Positions 9,581 to 20,206 of a DNA stretch of 38,175 nt are shown one piece after another. The stretch is from Cladosporium halotolerans (Eukaryota). Position 1 is the first letter of the stretch, and each line of letters opens with the position of its first letter. Under the pieces are notes generated by a model. It did no database searches, was not told the DNA's origin, and worked only from the letters and a program-made list of their open reading frames with translations. The DNA lies in contig NW_027191521.1 of NCBI RefSeq assembly GCF_011745625.1, positions 1-38,175 on the forward strand, given 5' to 3'. The position numbers were made by a program, and so were the translations under genes.

Positions 9581-11313
9581 TTACAAGACCTTGTCAGTGA
9601 CGTACAAGTCCACATACTCGTCTACAAGCATCTCATATAGCTTTGACGGCTCGTTTCCCAAATCCATCAGCTTCTTGACGTGAGGTTCGCTGAAATGCGC
9701 CAGCAGATGCCTCTCGAACTTCGCCATGATCTCCGGCTTGGCCTCTTCACGTCTTGACATATGGCCTAATGGAGCTTCAACAGCTTCCTCTTCCAATACC
9801 GTCCCGTCTTTGAGCTTGACTGTAAGGGCGTTGGCGATAGTACGCTTATCAGGATTGTGGTAATCCTTGGTGAACTGCGGGTCTTCGACACACTTAATCC
9901 TTTTCCGCAGCGATTCGACTAGTGGTGAAGTGGCCGCATCGCTGCCGTCGGTGTAGTCTTCTGCTGCCAAGCGATTGAAGACGAACATGGTCGAGATCAT
10001 GTATTGCACGCAATGATCACGGTCGGCGAAGTTATCCATAGGCTTGAACTGCTTGTCGATGATCTTAACACAAGCCGCGTGCGTGCGGTTGGTCACACCC
10101 TCGATATCTTCGGCCGTTTTGCCCATGGCAGCGAGCGTTTTGTTCAACCGCTGAGCTGCCTCTATGGCAGTCTGAGAATGGAATTCGGCCGGGTATGAAA
10201 CCTTGAAGAGCAAATTTTCCATCACGTAGGAGCCGTACGGCCGCTGAAACTTGAATCTTTCGCCCTGGAAGTTGACGTCGTAAAAGCCCCACTTAGGAGC
10301 GGAGAGAACGGTGGCCATGCCACCTTCCCCAGCCATGACTTTCAGACACGCATTGATAGCGCGCTCGCACGCGTCGCCAGCGGCCCAGGACTTACGGGAC
10401 ATGGTGTTGGGACTGTGGCGGTAGGTACGCATGGATTGGCCGTCGACCCAGGCCTGGGAGATGGCGTCGCGGGTTTGCGCCTCGGACAGCCCGAGCATGT
10501 GCGAAACGACGGCAGTGGAGGCGACTTTGACATTGACAACATGGTCCAGGCCAACCTTGTTGAAGCTGTTTTCCAGCGCGAGACAGCCCTGAATCTCATG
10601 GGCCTTGACCATGGCCTCGAGAACATCTTTTACGGTGAAGATGGCGCCATTACCGACCTTCTTGCCACCTGCGCCTGCTTTGTTGGAACGGTTCATCCAA
10701 TCAGCCACGGCGAGGATTGCACCCAGATTATCGGACGGATGACCCCATTCGGCGGCGAGCCAGCAATCATTGAAGTCGAGCCAACGGATCATGATGCCGA
10801 TGTTGAAGGCACCACGGACAGGGTCGAGTTGGTAAGGCGTGCCAACTACTTTGGTGCCATTAGGGACGATGGTGCCTTTAACCACGGGCCCGAGGAGCTT
10901 GGTGCAATGGGGGAAGTCGAGGGCTTTCATACCGCAACCCAGCGTGTCGAGGAAACACAAGCGGGCGGTGTCGATCTAGAATATTAGTTACATGCGCGTC
11001 AATCCGTCCCGTTTGAACTTACAGCTAAGTCGGAATTGATCTTGTAGCGGTGGACATACGAAGCCATGTCAACGATCTCTTGATCATACTTGGCGGGCGA
11101 AGCGGGCGACGCAAAAGGTTCATTGGGGAAATTCCGCCCGAAGGTGGTCGAGAATGTGCGATGAAAGTTGTCCAGTGAAGCGGAAAGACCGTAAAAGGAT
11201 GTGGCGAGACGTTTGGCGGATATAAAACTAGAAATGGGAGCTCTGGGACTCGCGGATAGTGCGCTACTTCGAGAGGCTGTGCGGGCGAAGCTACGGCTGG
11301 ATATCAAACTCAT
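9581..11313 (-). CDS. prpD: 2-methylcitrate dehydratase (MmgE/PrpD family), mitochondrial; exons 11313-11023 and 10975-9581
   Basis: RWLDFNDCWLAAEWGHPSDN, GLDHV, RKSWAAGDA, PAEFHSQTA and DRDHC. 47-nt GTAAGT..TAACTAAT..TAG intron giving SDLA|IDTARLC. Arg/Ser-rich presequence. Confidence 0.95.
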
Positions 11314-12198
11314 AGCTGAAAGTGTCGAGAGACGAAGATTTGGCCTTATCAGGATACATACGACAATCGAATCTCGAGGGAGCGTCGTATCACTCAACAT
11401 TCATACGTGTCAAATGCTTTTAGTCTAAGGCGACGGCACCCTATAAACAGGCAAGGGCTCTGACACCGTCTGTTTAGGGCAGCACCGAGGCAGGGGTCTG
11501 AGGTGGTACGTCACAATGATTTGACCGTGATGTTTCATTCAGAGACAGCAACCAGCCTGCCCCATGCAATCGCTCGATCCTGTCATCCGGCAACCAGGCC
11601 AAACGCGACTCAATATTGCTACTCTCCTTAGCAAATCCCCGATCACAAAGCAATCGTTGTCCCTGCCGTGTCTAAGAACCTTGTCATGCACCGAGAATCG
11701 CATGTGCAAGACTGACGTCACGTAGGGTAATGTAACCATGAGTATTACTCGAAACGAATATGGCATCCCGTGGATTCGATTGGAAAACCTGGGGGACCAG
11801 AAGCATGAGGCATGCGAAGTTTATTGAAGGTTGAAGGCTGCTAAAATATATACTAAGCGTGCTCTGAGTCGGGCTGGGGGGTGCCGTCTCTCAATTCGTA
11901 GTGGTCCTTGTCAGTTGGAAATTGTAGGATCATTGCTGCAGCTGGCTCGCTTGCAGCAGCGTGTCTCATCCGGCGCCCCGCTGATACCCCGCTCGTCAAG
12001 TATTCCCCCTGTCTGGGAGCGTCATTGGCGGATGTGTATTCCTCACGATGACGAACGGCGAACGGAACAGAAGCTTCTATCTTTCAAAAACATTTGACGG
12101 AAAAAGATGACAAGATCTCGAAATACGATCCCAATCATTCTTCAATCTAGCGCCACCTCTGCCACGTCCGCTCCAACTTTACACTGCCCGCATCAACG

Positions 12199-13227
12199 AT
12201 GGTCTACAAGACTTCTACGAGCGCTTTCTTACGGCAATGCCCCGCAAAGCCAGGCCTAAGATGCTCCGCCCGCAGGGCATTCTCCTCGTCTCGTCTACTC
12301 CAAAGTGAGAACAGCCCTAGCGTCTTGATAGAAGATAGCGATCATGGGTATGGATTCGTCAGGCACAATCCACGCCCAGCAAAGCCGCGCAGCAACGGCC
12401 TCACCGAGATACGCGGACCTTACTATTCAGCCATGGGGAAGAATTACCTTTCCGACGTTCTCGAGACGATGGGTCACCATGTAGATGGGCTCAAATTTGC
12501 CGGCGGTAGTTTCAGTCTGTTCCCGGAGGTCAAGCTAAGGGAGCTCATCGACATGGCTCACGAGCACGGGGTGTATGTGTCCACAGGTGGATGGCTGGAA
12601 CACGTGCTCACTCAAGGGAGCGACAACGCTGTCGACAGGTACTTGGAAAAGTGCAAAGACATTGGGTAGGGACCCCTTTGCCCACGCCTTGCGGTCGATA
12701 CTGAGGTGCCCCGCTAACCACACTGCTCTAGCTTCGATGTACTAGAGGTCTCATCCGGATTCCTTTCCCTGCCTCAAGATGACTGGCTCCGCCTTGTCGA
12801 TCGCGTGCACAAAGCTGGTCTCAAAGCCAAGCCTGAGCTTGGTATTCAGTTTGGCGCTGGTGGCGATACCGCAGCTACCGATCTCGAATCAATCGGCACG
12901 GCTGATCCGAGTCGTGTCACAGCCATGGCGAAACGGTTCATCGATGCTGGCGTCGAGCTGATGATGATCGAGTCTGAAGGCATTACGGAGAACGTGAGAT
13001 CGTGGCGGACAGATGCGATCCAAAGCATCTTACGCGACGTACCGATGGAAAGGGTGATGTTCGAAGCAGCTGACCCTGCAGTGTTCAATTGGTATGTAAG
13101 GGAGTTCGGCGTTGATGTCAATCTGTTTGTGGATCACTCGCAGATTGTCCAGTTGAGTTGTTTGAGAGCAGGAATCTGGGGCATGGCAGACACGTTCGGC
13201 AAGATCGCGACGTTTAGGCCCGCGTGA
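12199..13227 (+). CDS. comA: Phosphosulfolactate synthase (ComA)/HSA32-like protein; exons 12199-12665 and 12732-13227
   Basis: PR..GLTEIRGPYY, DGLKFAGGS, VYVSTGG, GFDVLEVSSGF, KPELG, MIESEG, FEA and NLFVD. 66-nt GT..CTAAC..AG intron. Mitochondrial-type presequence. Confidence 0.9.
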
Positions 13228-13738
13228 ATCAGCTATGGCCGCATGTAGGGCAGCTTAAAATGTGTAATTCATGTTCAGCTCCACCGGCTAGCTACGTCAA
13301 AGAATGTCTTGCGTGATGGCTCAAGCTGATTGCAGGAAGGGATTAAGCCCGTATCAGATGATTGGAGTGGAGTCATTGAACAAGACTAACTTACGGCTAG
13401 TATAAGGTTACGGCGAGGTCGATCTTTACGAATGCGATACAGAGCTCGTAAGTCCAAGGTGATAGCGGCAGGTTTCGAAATTGCATACGGACCCCGTTCA
13501 AAAGCAGAAGCGACCTCCAATGCACATCAACGCCTGCTACTGTACTGTAACGTCGTACCGAGCTTGAGGTCTTCGGTGATTCTGTATCACGCCTGCTCAC
13601 TGTGTTGATCACTCCCGGGCCAAGACCATTCGAACGTTAACTTACACTTACAAGATTAACAGTGAAACGCGCTTCGTCGTGGATCTCTTGGCCGAATGAT
13701 TTTCCCGACATCATGGACTCAGGGCAGGGGTTGGGGTA

Positions 13739-15689
13739 ATCGTGCCGGCCAGGGCTTCGCGCGGCCCAGCTACCCCTCGTCTCGTCTCAGACTCGCGAGC
13801 GAGTGCCGCACAGCTCAATGCAAAACACAGCTCAATGCAAAAGTTGGTATAGCTACGCGTCTATTCCCTTTTCACATATACTATTCAATCGCCATGGCGT
13901 CTAAATACCACCAGGTCGAGGCGGAGATTGATGAAGCTATTAGTTTTCAGAGAGACCAAACGGAACCTCTTAAAATTACCCATTTGGCCTCATTGTTTGA
14001 CGTCCCCTACGACCGCTTACGTAGGCGGCTCCAAGGCAATGACTCAAGAACTACGCGCGCTCCTACAAACAGGAGACTGGACAAGGAGCAGGAGGCTGCG
14101 CTAGTCACCTACCTGGAGCGTTGTGAGGCCCTAGGAGTCCATGCACGGCCGCGCGCATTAACTATCTCTGCCGAATCAATCCTCCGGCGTGCGTATACAG
14201 ATATATCGCCGCCACCAACAGTCAGCCATTCATGGACCCTACGCTTCTTAGAACGCCACCCTACATGGAAGAAACGTAAACAGGCGCCCCTAGAGGCAGT
14301 TCGAGCAGCTGCCTACGACCTCTCCGATATTGAGGGCTGGTTTGAGAAGCTACACGCAGTCATTCAAAAGCATGGCATTACACCTGAGAATATATGGAAC
14401 ATGGATGAGACAGGCTTCCGAATTGGCACCAGCAAGAGCCAGTATGTGCTTACTGAGCAGCCTGAGAAGCCCCACTTCCTACCAATTGCGAATAACCGTG
14501 AGAGCCTCACGGTGGTGGAGGCAGTCTCAGCTGGTGGTATAGCTATACCGGCTATGCTTGTCATCGCCGCAAAACAGCACCAATCGAGCTGGTTTCAGAA
14601 CCTACACGACACGACACTAGTAGGAGCCGCTGATAATGGCTATATGAATGACGAGTTAATGGTTAGATGGATTGCGCACTTTGAGAAGCATTCTCAGCGC
14701 TCTCAAAGAGGTGCCTGGCGGCTACTTTTACTCGACGGCTACGGCTCCCACCACACCTACGAGTTCATTAAGTACTGCGATGAACATAAGATCATCCCCT
14801 TCGGACTGCCATCGCATTCAACACACTTCCTACAACCCCTAGATGTCGTGGTATTTCAGCCCTATAAACACTACCAATCTGAAGCTGTTAACCGAGCTGC
14901 GCGGCTTGGCTGTAGTGATTACAACAAGCTTGAGTTTTTCAATGACTTTGAATACTTCAGGCGACAGGCCCGGTCCCCTGGCACTATCAGAGCAGCTTTT
15001 GAAAAGACAGGGATATGGCCATTCAATGCAGCTATCGTGGTGGATTTCGTGCGCGCTCGGATCGAAGCAATCCGCCGAGCTCCTGCTCGAACGCCTATAC
15101 CACCACCAACCTACGATATCACGACTCCGCGTACAGTGCGTACGCTTAAGCGTCACTCAGATACTATCTTAAATGATAACCTACTTCATCCAGCTCTCAA
15201 AACTCGGCTCCTACCACTCCTTCGCGGTGCCCAAATTCAGGCTATTGCTGGGGCTGAGGCAGTCGAAGAATTAAAGGATTCAACTGTGGTAGCAGCTGCA
15301 TCTCGAGCTCGTGGACTACACAAGGGGTCTAGCCTTCAACGTGGCGGTATCCTTACGACTGCAAATGCGCGCCGCATGGTTCAAAATCGCGAAGATGATG
15401 AGATTGAGAAGGCCAAAAAGATGATTGAACGAGCAGATCAGGCTGCTTTTAAACAGCGTACGACCACCATGCTCAAAGCTATTCAGCCAGGTGGATCCCT
15501 ACCTATGTGGAAGAAATATCGCGCAAAGGTTATACCAACCTGGTGCCAGGTGATGGATGAATTAGTAAATACAACAAGTAGTAATGTATAGCTTTGCATT
15601 GAGCTGTGTTTTGCATTGAGCTGTGCGGCACTCGCTCGCGAGTCTGAGACGAGGGGTAGCTGGCCGCGCGAAGCCCTGGCCGGCACGAT
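13739..15689 (+). mobile_element. Complete pogo/Fot1-type Tc1-mariner DNA transposon (1951 bp)
   Basis: TIRs of about 100 bp (ATCGTGCCGGCCAGGGCTTCGCGCGG...) with internal ACAGCTCAATGCAAA repeats. TA TSD at 13737-13738 and 15690-15691. Confidence 0.96.
13894..15591 (+). CDS. pogo/Fot1 DDE transposase (CENP-B HTH + DDE_1), 565 aa, intact
   Basis: WNMDETGF, LLLDGYGSH and HFLQPLDV. First ATG inside the TIRs is at 13894. Confidence 0.95.
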   Translation: MASKYHQVEAEIDEAISFQRDQTEPLKITHLASLFDVPYDRLRRRLQGNDSRTTRAPTNRRLDKEQEAALVTYLERCEALGVHARPRALTISAESILRRAYTDISPPPTVSHSWTLRFLERHPTWKKRKQAPLEAVRAAAYDLSDIEGWFEKLHAVIQKHGITPENIWNMDETGFRIGTSKSQYVLTEQPEKPHFLPIANNRESLTVVEAVSAGGIAIPAMLVIAAKQHQSSWFQNLHDTTLVGAADNGYMNDELMVRWIAHFEKHSQRSQRGAWRLLLLDGYGSHHTYEFIKYCDEHKIIPFGLPSHSTHFLQPLDVVVFQPYKHYQSEAVNRAARLGCSDYNKLEFFNDFEYFRRQARSPGTIRAAFEKTGIWPFNAAIVVDFVRARIEAIRRAPARTPIPPPTYDITTPRTVRTLKRHSDTILNDNLLHPALKTRLLPLLRGAQIQAIAGAEAVEELKDSTVVAAASRARGLHKGSSLQRGGILTTANARRMVQNREDDEIEKAKKMIERADQAAFKQRTTTMLKAIQPGGSLPMWKKYRAKVIPTWCQVMDELVNTTSSNV

Positions 15690-15922
15690 TAGTTCTAATA
15701 CTCGAATCCGACATTCTTGACGAAACATCCTCACAAGCACACAAAACCAGGCCTGCCAAAAGTACTACTCATCGGCTATATATTGTGTCACAGTGTTCAT
15801 TAAGCAAATGTCCTGTTCAGTTCTCTACCCTTAAGAAAACGCCTACCCGCACAGGGTACCCTTTAGTGTTCGTACCATTGGCAAGCTTGAAGACTGTCAT
15901 TGAGAGCAACACCAATCATCTC

Positions 15923-17842
15923 TCACTTGGTAATAGCCCTGACCTCCTTCACGATGCTGTCAGGATCAAGTCCCTGCGCATAAATCTGTTCAAACAAGCC
16001 ACCGGCCCCTTCTCTCACGGCACCGATATTATTGAACTTGGGATGGAGGCCGCGCTGCAGCAAACTGCTGCCAAGTCGAGACCCAAGGCCGTTCTTCTGT
16101 GAGATGGACTCCACAACGAGAACAAATGGCGACGCGCCATAGATCTTGATAGTCTCTTCGTCGACGACATTAAGCGTCGGCTTATTCACAAGTCCAACGT
16201 CCAAGCCTTCGCCTCGAAGCCGCTCAACAGCGTCAAGCGAGCGATAGAGCATATCTCCAAATGAGATGATGTACCCTGCCGAGCCGCGACGGATGATTTC
16301 TTCTTTACCTGGGAAAAACTGGTACGCTGGTCCATACAGCAGGTCCTCGCTGCCCTCCTTCAGGATGTACGGCACTTTGGCCCTGGTAGAAAAGATAAAG
16401 CGTAGGCCTTTATCGAAGAAGACTTTTCGTACGACAGCCTTCATCTGTTCTCCATCGGCGGGAAAGTACAACGTGCTAGCTTGTGCATCCATCAGACCAT
16501 TATCGGCAAAGAAATGGTTCAAGCCAAAATGGCAAGTATTGTCGGCCATCTCGTCTACGCCACTGTGCGAGAAGTGCGATAGGACGCAGCATCTGTTGAG
16601 ACGAGCCATGGTGATTTCAGAAAGACACATCTCCAGGAATGCAGAAAAGGTAGAAAACACGCCTTGGCGCTTGCCGTCGCTGCCGAACCCGAATCCCGCG
16701 GCCGCGGAAAAGTTGCCTCGTTCCATGACGCCAGATGGGACGAATGCCTCTGGATGCTGTTCGTGTATGGCCTTGATGCCGGTTGAGCCCTCGAGATCCG
16801 AGTCAATAACCATGACGCGACGAGCTACTTCCTCGTTACTGAGTTCATCGAGGACCGAATTGACTGCCTCGCCGAATATGACGCGATTCGCACCTTTGTC
16901 CTTGGTCGAACCGCGAAACTCATACGCATCAGATTTGACTTTGATATCGTCGTAAAAGGACAGCTGTTTCTCAGTATAACCCTGTTTGGAGAGATATCGA
17001 CGTGCGACATCTACCTTGACCACGTCATGCGCCCCAACTTGCCCTTCTATGCCTTGTATTCCGGGGGCCATTCTGCGGTTGACCACTACGGCAGCTGGAC
17101 CATCGTGGTTGATGACCTCGCACATTGATACGTACAACGAATCAAGGTTCTCGCCTTCGGCCGGGACGACCTTGAGCCCATGACCCATTAAAGTGCGAGC
17201 CACTTGGAACCCCTTGGCGTACTCGGATGGATGGCCCGCGATGGTAACGTCGTTGTTGTCAATGAATAGTTTGACGCGCAAGTTGTTGGCCACAGCTATA
17301 CGAGCCGCCTCGGCATCGTTACCCTCTTGCTGCGACCCGTCTGATCCTAGAAGAAGTACGTTCTTGTCCCTGTTTGCCATGCTGATGCCATTGATTAATG
17401 CCCACATGTGGCCGAGACGGCCAGAGCTGAATTTCACCCCTGGAGTCAAGCCTAGCTCGGGGTGGCCCGGCAGCTTAGAGTAGGCAGACCTGTATTCCAG
17501 GAGGTGGTCGGGGTCTATCTTGCCGTCCATAGCAGCTAGAAGGTACTGCGTTGCGACACGATGGCCCGCTTCATCGAACAAGACGTTCACGTAGCCATTG
17601 GGATCGTTGTTGATGAATGCGAGTAGGATGCAGACCTCGGGAGCGGTGTCGAATGGACCGCCCGTGTGGCCGGCTACTCCTCTGGCAGCGCCGGTCGCCG
17701 TAAATGCAACAATGGCATCGCGGAAGATGTCGATATTGCGCTGTAGCTTTTGCTTCTCATCCGAAGAAAGTTGTGGGTTTCGCGAGTCAAGCTTTATCTC
17801 GTTGAATTTACTAAGATCGACGGGGAACTTGTGCGGTGCCAT
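15923..17842 (-). CDS. Divergent transketolase-family ThDP enzyme (dihydroxyacetone-synthase-like), intronless
   Basis: GHTGG, DEAGH, LPGHPE, SGRLG, ThDP motif SDGSQQEG..DNN, DSDLEGS, ERGNF, STFSAF, SHSG and ADNTCH. Probable start MAPHKF at 17842. Confidence 0.88.
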   Translation of the reverse strand: MAPHKFPVDLSKFNEIKLDSRNPQLSSDEKQKLQRNIDIFRDAIVAFTATGAARGVAGHTGGPFDTAPEVCILLAFINNDPNGYVNVLFDEAGHRVATQYLLAAMDGKIDPDHLLEYRSAYSKLPGHPELGLTPGVKFSSGRLGHMWALINGISMANRDKNVLLLGSDGSQQEGNDAEAARIAVANNLRVKLFIDNNDVTIAGHPSEYAKGFQVARTLMGHGLKVVPAEGENLDSLYVSMCEVINHDGPAAVVVNRRMAPGIQGIEGQVGAHDVVKVDVARRYLSKQGYTEKQLSFYDDIKVKSDAYEFRGSTKDKGANRVIFGEAVNSVLDELSNEEVARRVMVIDSDLEGSTGIKAIHEQHPEAFVPSGVMERGNFSAAAGFGFGSDGKRQGVFSTFSAFLEMCLSEITMARLNRCCVLSHFSHSGVDEMADNTCHFGLNHFFADNGLMDAQASTLYFPADGEQMKAVVRKVFFDKGLRFIFSTRAKVPYILKEGSEDLLYGPAYQFFPGKEEIIRRGSAGYIISFGDMLYRSLDAVERLRGEGLDVGLVNKPTLNVVDEETIKIYGASPFVLVVESISQKNGLGSRLGSSLLQRGLHPKFNNIGAVREGAGGLFEQIYAQGLDPDSIVKEVRAITK

Positions 17843-18560
17843 TGTGACTGCTTCTGTTTGGGGATGTGAGATGAGCAAGACAGACACGGAACAGTCACGG
17901 CACGACGAAAGGCGCCGAGGAGTATACCATACAAATTCAAGCTATGATGTAATACCACTTACCCACCCTTACGTTGTGTGCCTGCCGCATATCGTCATCA
18001 TGAATGCATCGACGGCTTGGCCAATCATTGGCCTGTGCCACCACACACATACATTCTCCGCCCACAGGCTCGCCGCTTTTCTCTCGCCCTGCAGATCGTG
18101 GCGCCCTACCCATAAGCTTTGTCCATGAGCCCTTCGTTCTTGGTCTCACATGTCGGCTGATGCAGGGGAGCATTGTGCGGCCAATGGAATTACCACGTTA
18201 GGGAATCGGAGTCACAAAGCGCTTAGCGCCCGGTCGGGGTCCAAGATAAACAGCTTATTCTCATTGTGCAAACTGTACTGATAACCCACAATATATGCTG
18301 ACGCTGATGTTGGTGTAACGTCAACCGTGGATCGTGGATCGAGGATTCGTAACGTCGTCATGTAAGTTAACCACAATCGAACCAGTACCACAAGCGAACC
18401 ACTTCAACTTAGTTTCTATAGACTCACATTGAACCTGACATCGCTACAACAATGCAATCGTCGCCAGATTATATATCTTCTTGATCGTCCCGGATTTTTT
18501 TGGATTTCTTTTTGTAATCATATTGTATACAAGCTGTTCAGCTTATGACAAGCCCGGGCT

Positions 18561-19620
18561 TTTTTTTTTTTGTTTTAATCATACTGCATTCAAGCTAAAT
18601 AGCTTATGGCACGTCGGCTATCTTCTCGACGATTTCTATGACTTTGATGTGTGCTCTCGCGTCAAGCTTCAAGTATACAATCCTGCTCGCTGTCCCGCCT
18701 TCATCAAGGCGCCACGGCTTTCGGGCTCAAGGCCCTCCTACTGGTTCTCGCGGGTGGCCGCAACCACTGGCCCTCGTCCCCTCTCCTCTCCGTCGTTCCG
18801 CTATCCTTCTCGTGCTACAGGCTGGACGACTCCGTTGACGGAGACGTACGCTGTCTTGTCTATACCAATTCCTTCTGGGGCTTGCCAGTCGAGACTGGAG
18901 ATGAACCCCAGAGGGACGAGTTCTTTGCTGTGCGCGCTTCCGGCCCTTCTAAGAAAGGTGAAAGCGGCTTGTTTTCTCGCTTGTGTACTGACGCGTGGCG
19001 TCTGCTGTGCTTGTCTTTGTCCAGCAGCTGGTCGAGTCCATCGAACGCTCGCGCTGTGTACCTTGTCCGATGTGACTCATCTCAATTCATGAGTCTATGT
19101 TTTGGTCTTCTTGCGAGAGCTGGCGGACTCATCGCGCTCTTGTGCAATTCCTGCATGGTTCTCCGACTCTTGCTCATCTGTGATGTCGAGTCGGCGTTGT
19201 CGTTGTCGGCGGTGGTGGTAGTGATAAGTCTTCTTGGCTGTGCGTGCGGCGTGCGCGCGTGTTTTGTCGTGTCGTGCAGAGTTTTCTCCTGACGGCTGGA
19301 CGATGAGGTGGGCGGTCTCATCGTCCATGTCGGGCCTTTTCGGTGGCGGTGGTGTAGTCGTGATGCCTGCCAGTGCGGCGTGCGTGCAGGCCTTGTCGTG
19401 TCGTGCAGAATTTTCCGGACGGCTGGACGATGAGGTGGGCGGCCTCATCGCCCATGTCGGGCCTTGTCGGTGAGGGAGGTAGGCATCGTCGAATGATGGC
19501 TTTGTGCGAGACTGCCACATGGGCTCATCGCTTTTCTGGTCTTGTGTAGCGCACTTGGTTTCACTGCATAGCAGCTACTCACACCGGACACCACGTGAAG
19601 GTGTGCGCTCTCTGTCCGGC
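18561..19620 (-). mobile_element. Non-autonomous non-LTR retroelement (SINE-like, 1060 bp) with LINE-derived 3' end
   Basis: 13-bp TSD ACAAGCCCGGGCT at 18548-18560 and 19621-19633. Poly(A) tail, 3' motifs shared with the LINE, no RT ORF. Confidence 0.9.
19548..19620 (-). ncRNA. HDV-like self-cleaving ribozyme (predicted)
   Basis: Minus strand: P1 GCCGGAC/GUCCGGU (G1-U wobble), J1/2 AGAG, P2 AGCGCAC/GUGCGCU, P3 ACC/GGU, L3 UUCACGU, P4 core CUGC-UAU-GCAG, J4/2 CCAA. G1 is the first base inside the TSD. Confidence 0.85.
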
Positions 19621-20041
19621 ACAAGCCCGGGCTAATCCCTAGACGAATCTCTTGGTCTTCTATCTGTGCTCCTGCGTTGGTGTCATTCCTTCGATCCTGC
19701 TCGCCATCCCGACTTAGTCAAGTCGCCACGGCTTTTGGGCTCAGCGCCCTCATACTAGCTTGTCTTTGGTTTTGCCACGTCCTCCCTCGCCGTCTGTACT
19801 CATCTCGCTTCCTCCCTGCTAAAGTGTTCTCTCATCGTCCGTGCCCTCCCGGTCGAGCAGACCAACGTCCCACTCATCTAGTCCTTGTGTGCTGTTCGCC
19901 TCTGCCCTTTTGCCGACTGCTGTGCATTCGATGAACCGCAATACTGCCTCGACAGCTGTCTCGCCGAACAGGACCAGTACGTCTTGCTTGTTTCTTCTCG
20001 TCGATATCTTGATTTTCTTCGCTTCGAGGGCATGCAGCATC

Positions 20042-20162
20042 TGTTGAAAAGATGGCTGAGTGTGTATTGTAGAAGGCTAAGTTACAATGTGCACTGCTAC
20101 AGTACTTGTAGTAGCATGTGGGTCCGTGCCTGAGCATCCATGCATCCATGCATACTTCAACA
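20042..20162 (-). repeat. Copia 3' LTR
   Basis: TGTTGAA...TTCAACA; 120/121 identical to 25959-26079. Confidence 0.97.
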
Positions 20163-20206
20163 CCACCCCTTGCTCAGTGTATTGCCACATTGCTGCAATG
20201 CGTCTC

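Larger units (their letters stand above)
13666..15889. mobile_element. Partial, inverted second copy of the hAT-MITE end (13666-13738 plus 15690-15889), interrupted by the pogo element
   Basis: About 270 bp match the reverse complement of 24098-24365 and end in the TIR TACCATTGGCAAGCTTG at 15889. Other end not found. Confidence 0.8.

Noticed and set aside
13696..13893. Upstream ATG of the 631-aa pogo ORF
   Set aside because: It starts outside the element and reads through the TIR.
18299..18451. Apparent TG...CA solo LTR
   Set aside because: No 5-bp TSD; the region is better explained as the pogo C-terminus (DCIVV) plus TIR.
18481..19520. ORFs of 141-213 aa within the SINE-like element
   Set aside because: No domain similarity, and frames are not preserved in the relative at 32592-33397.
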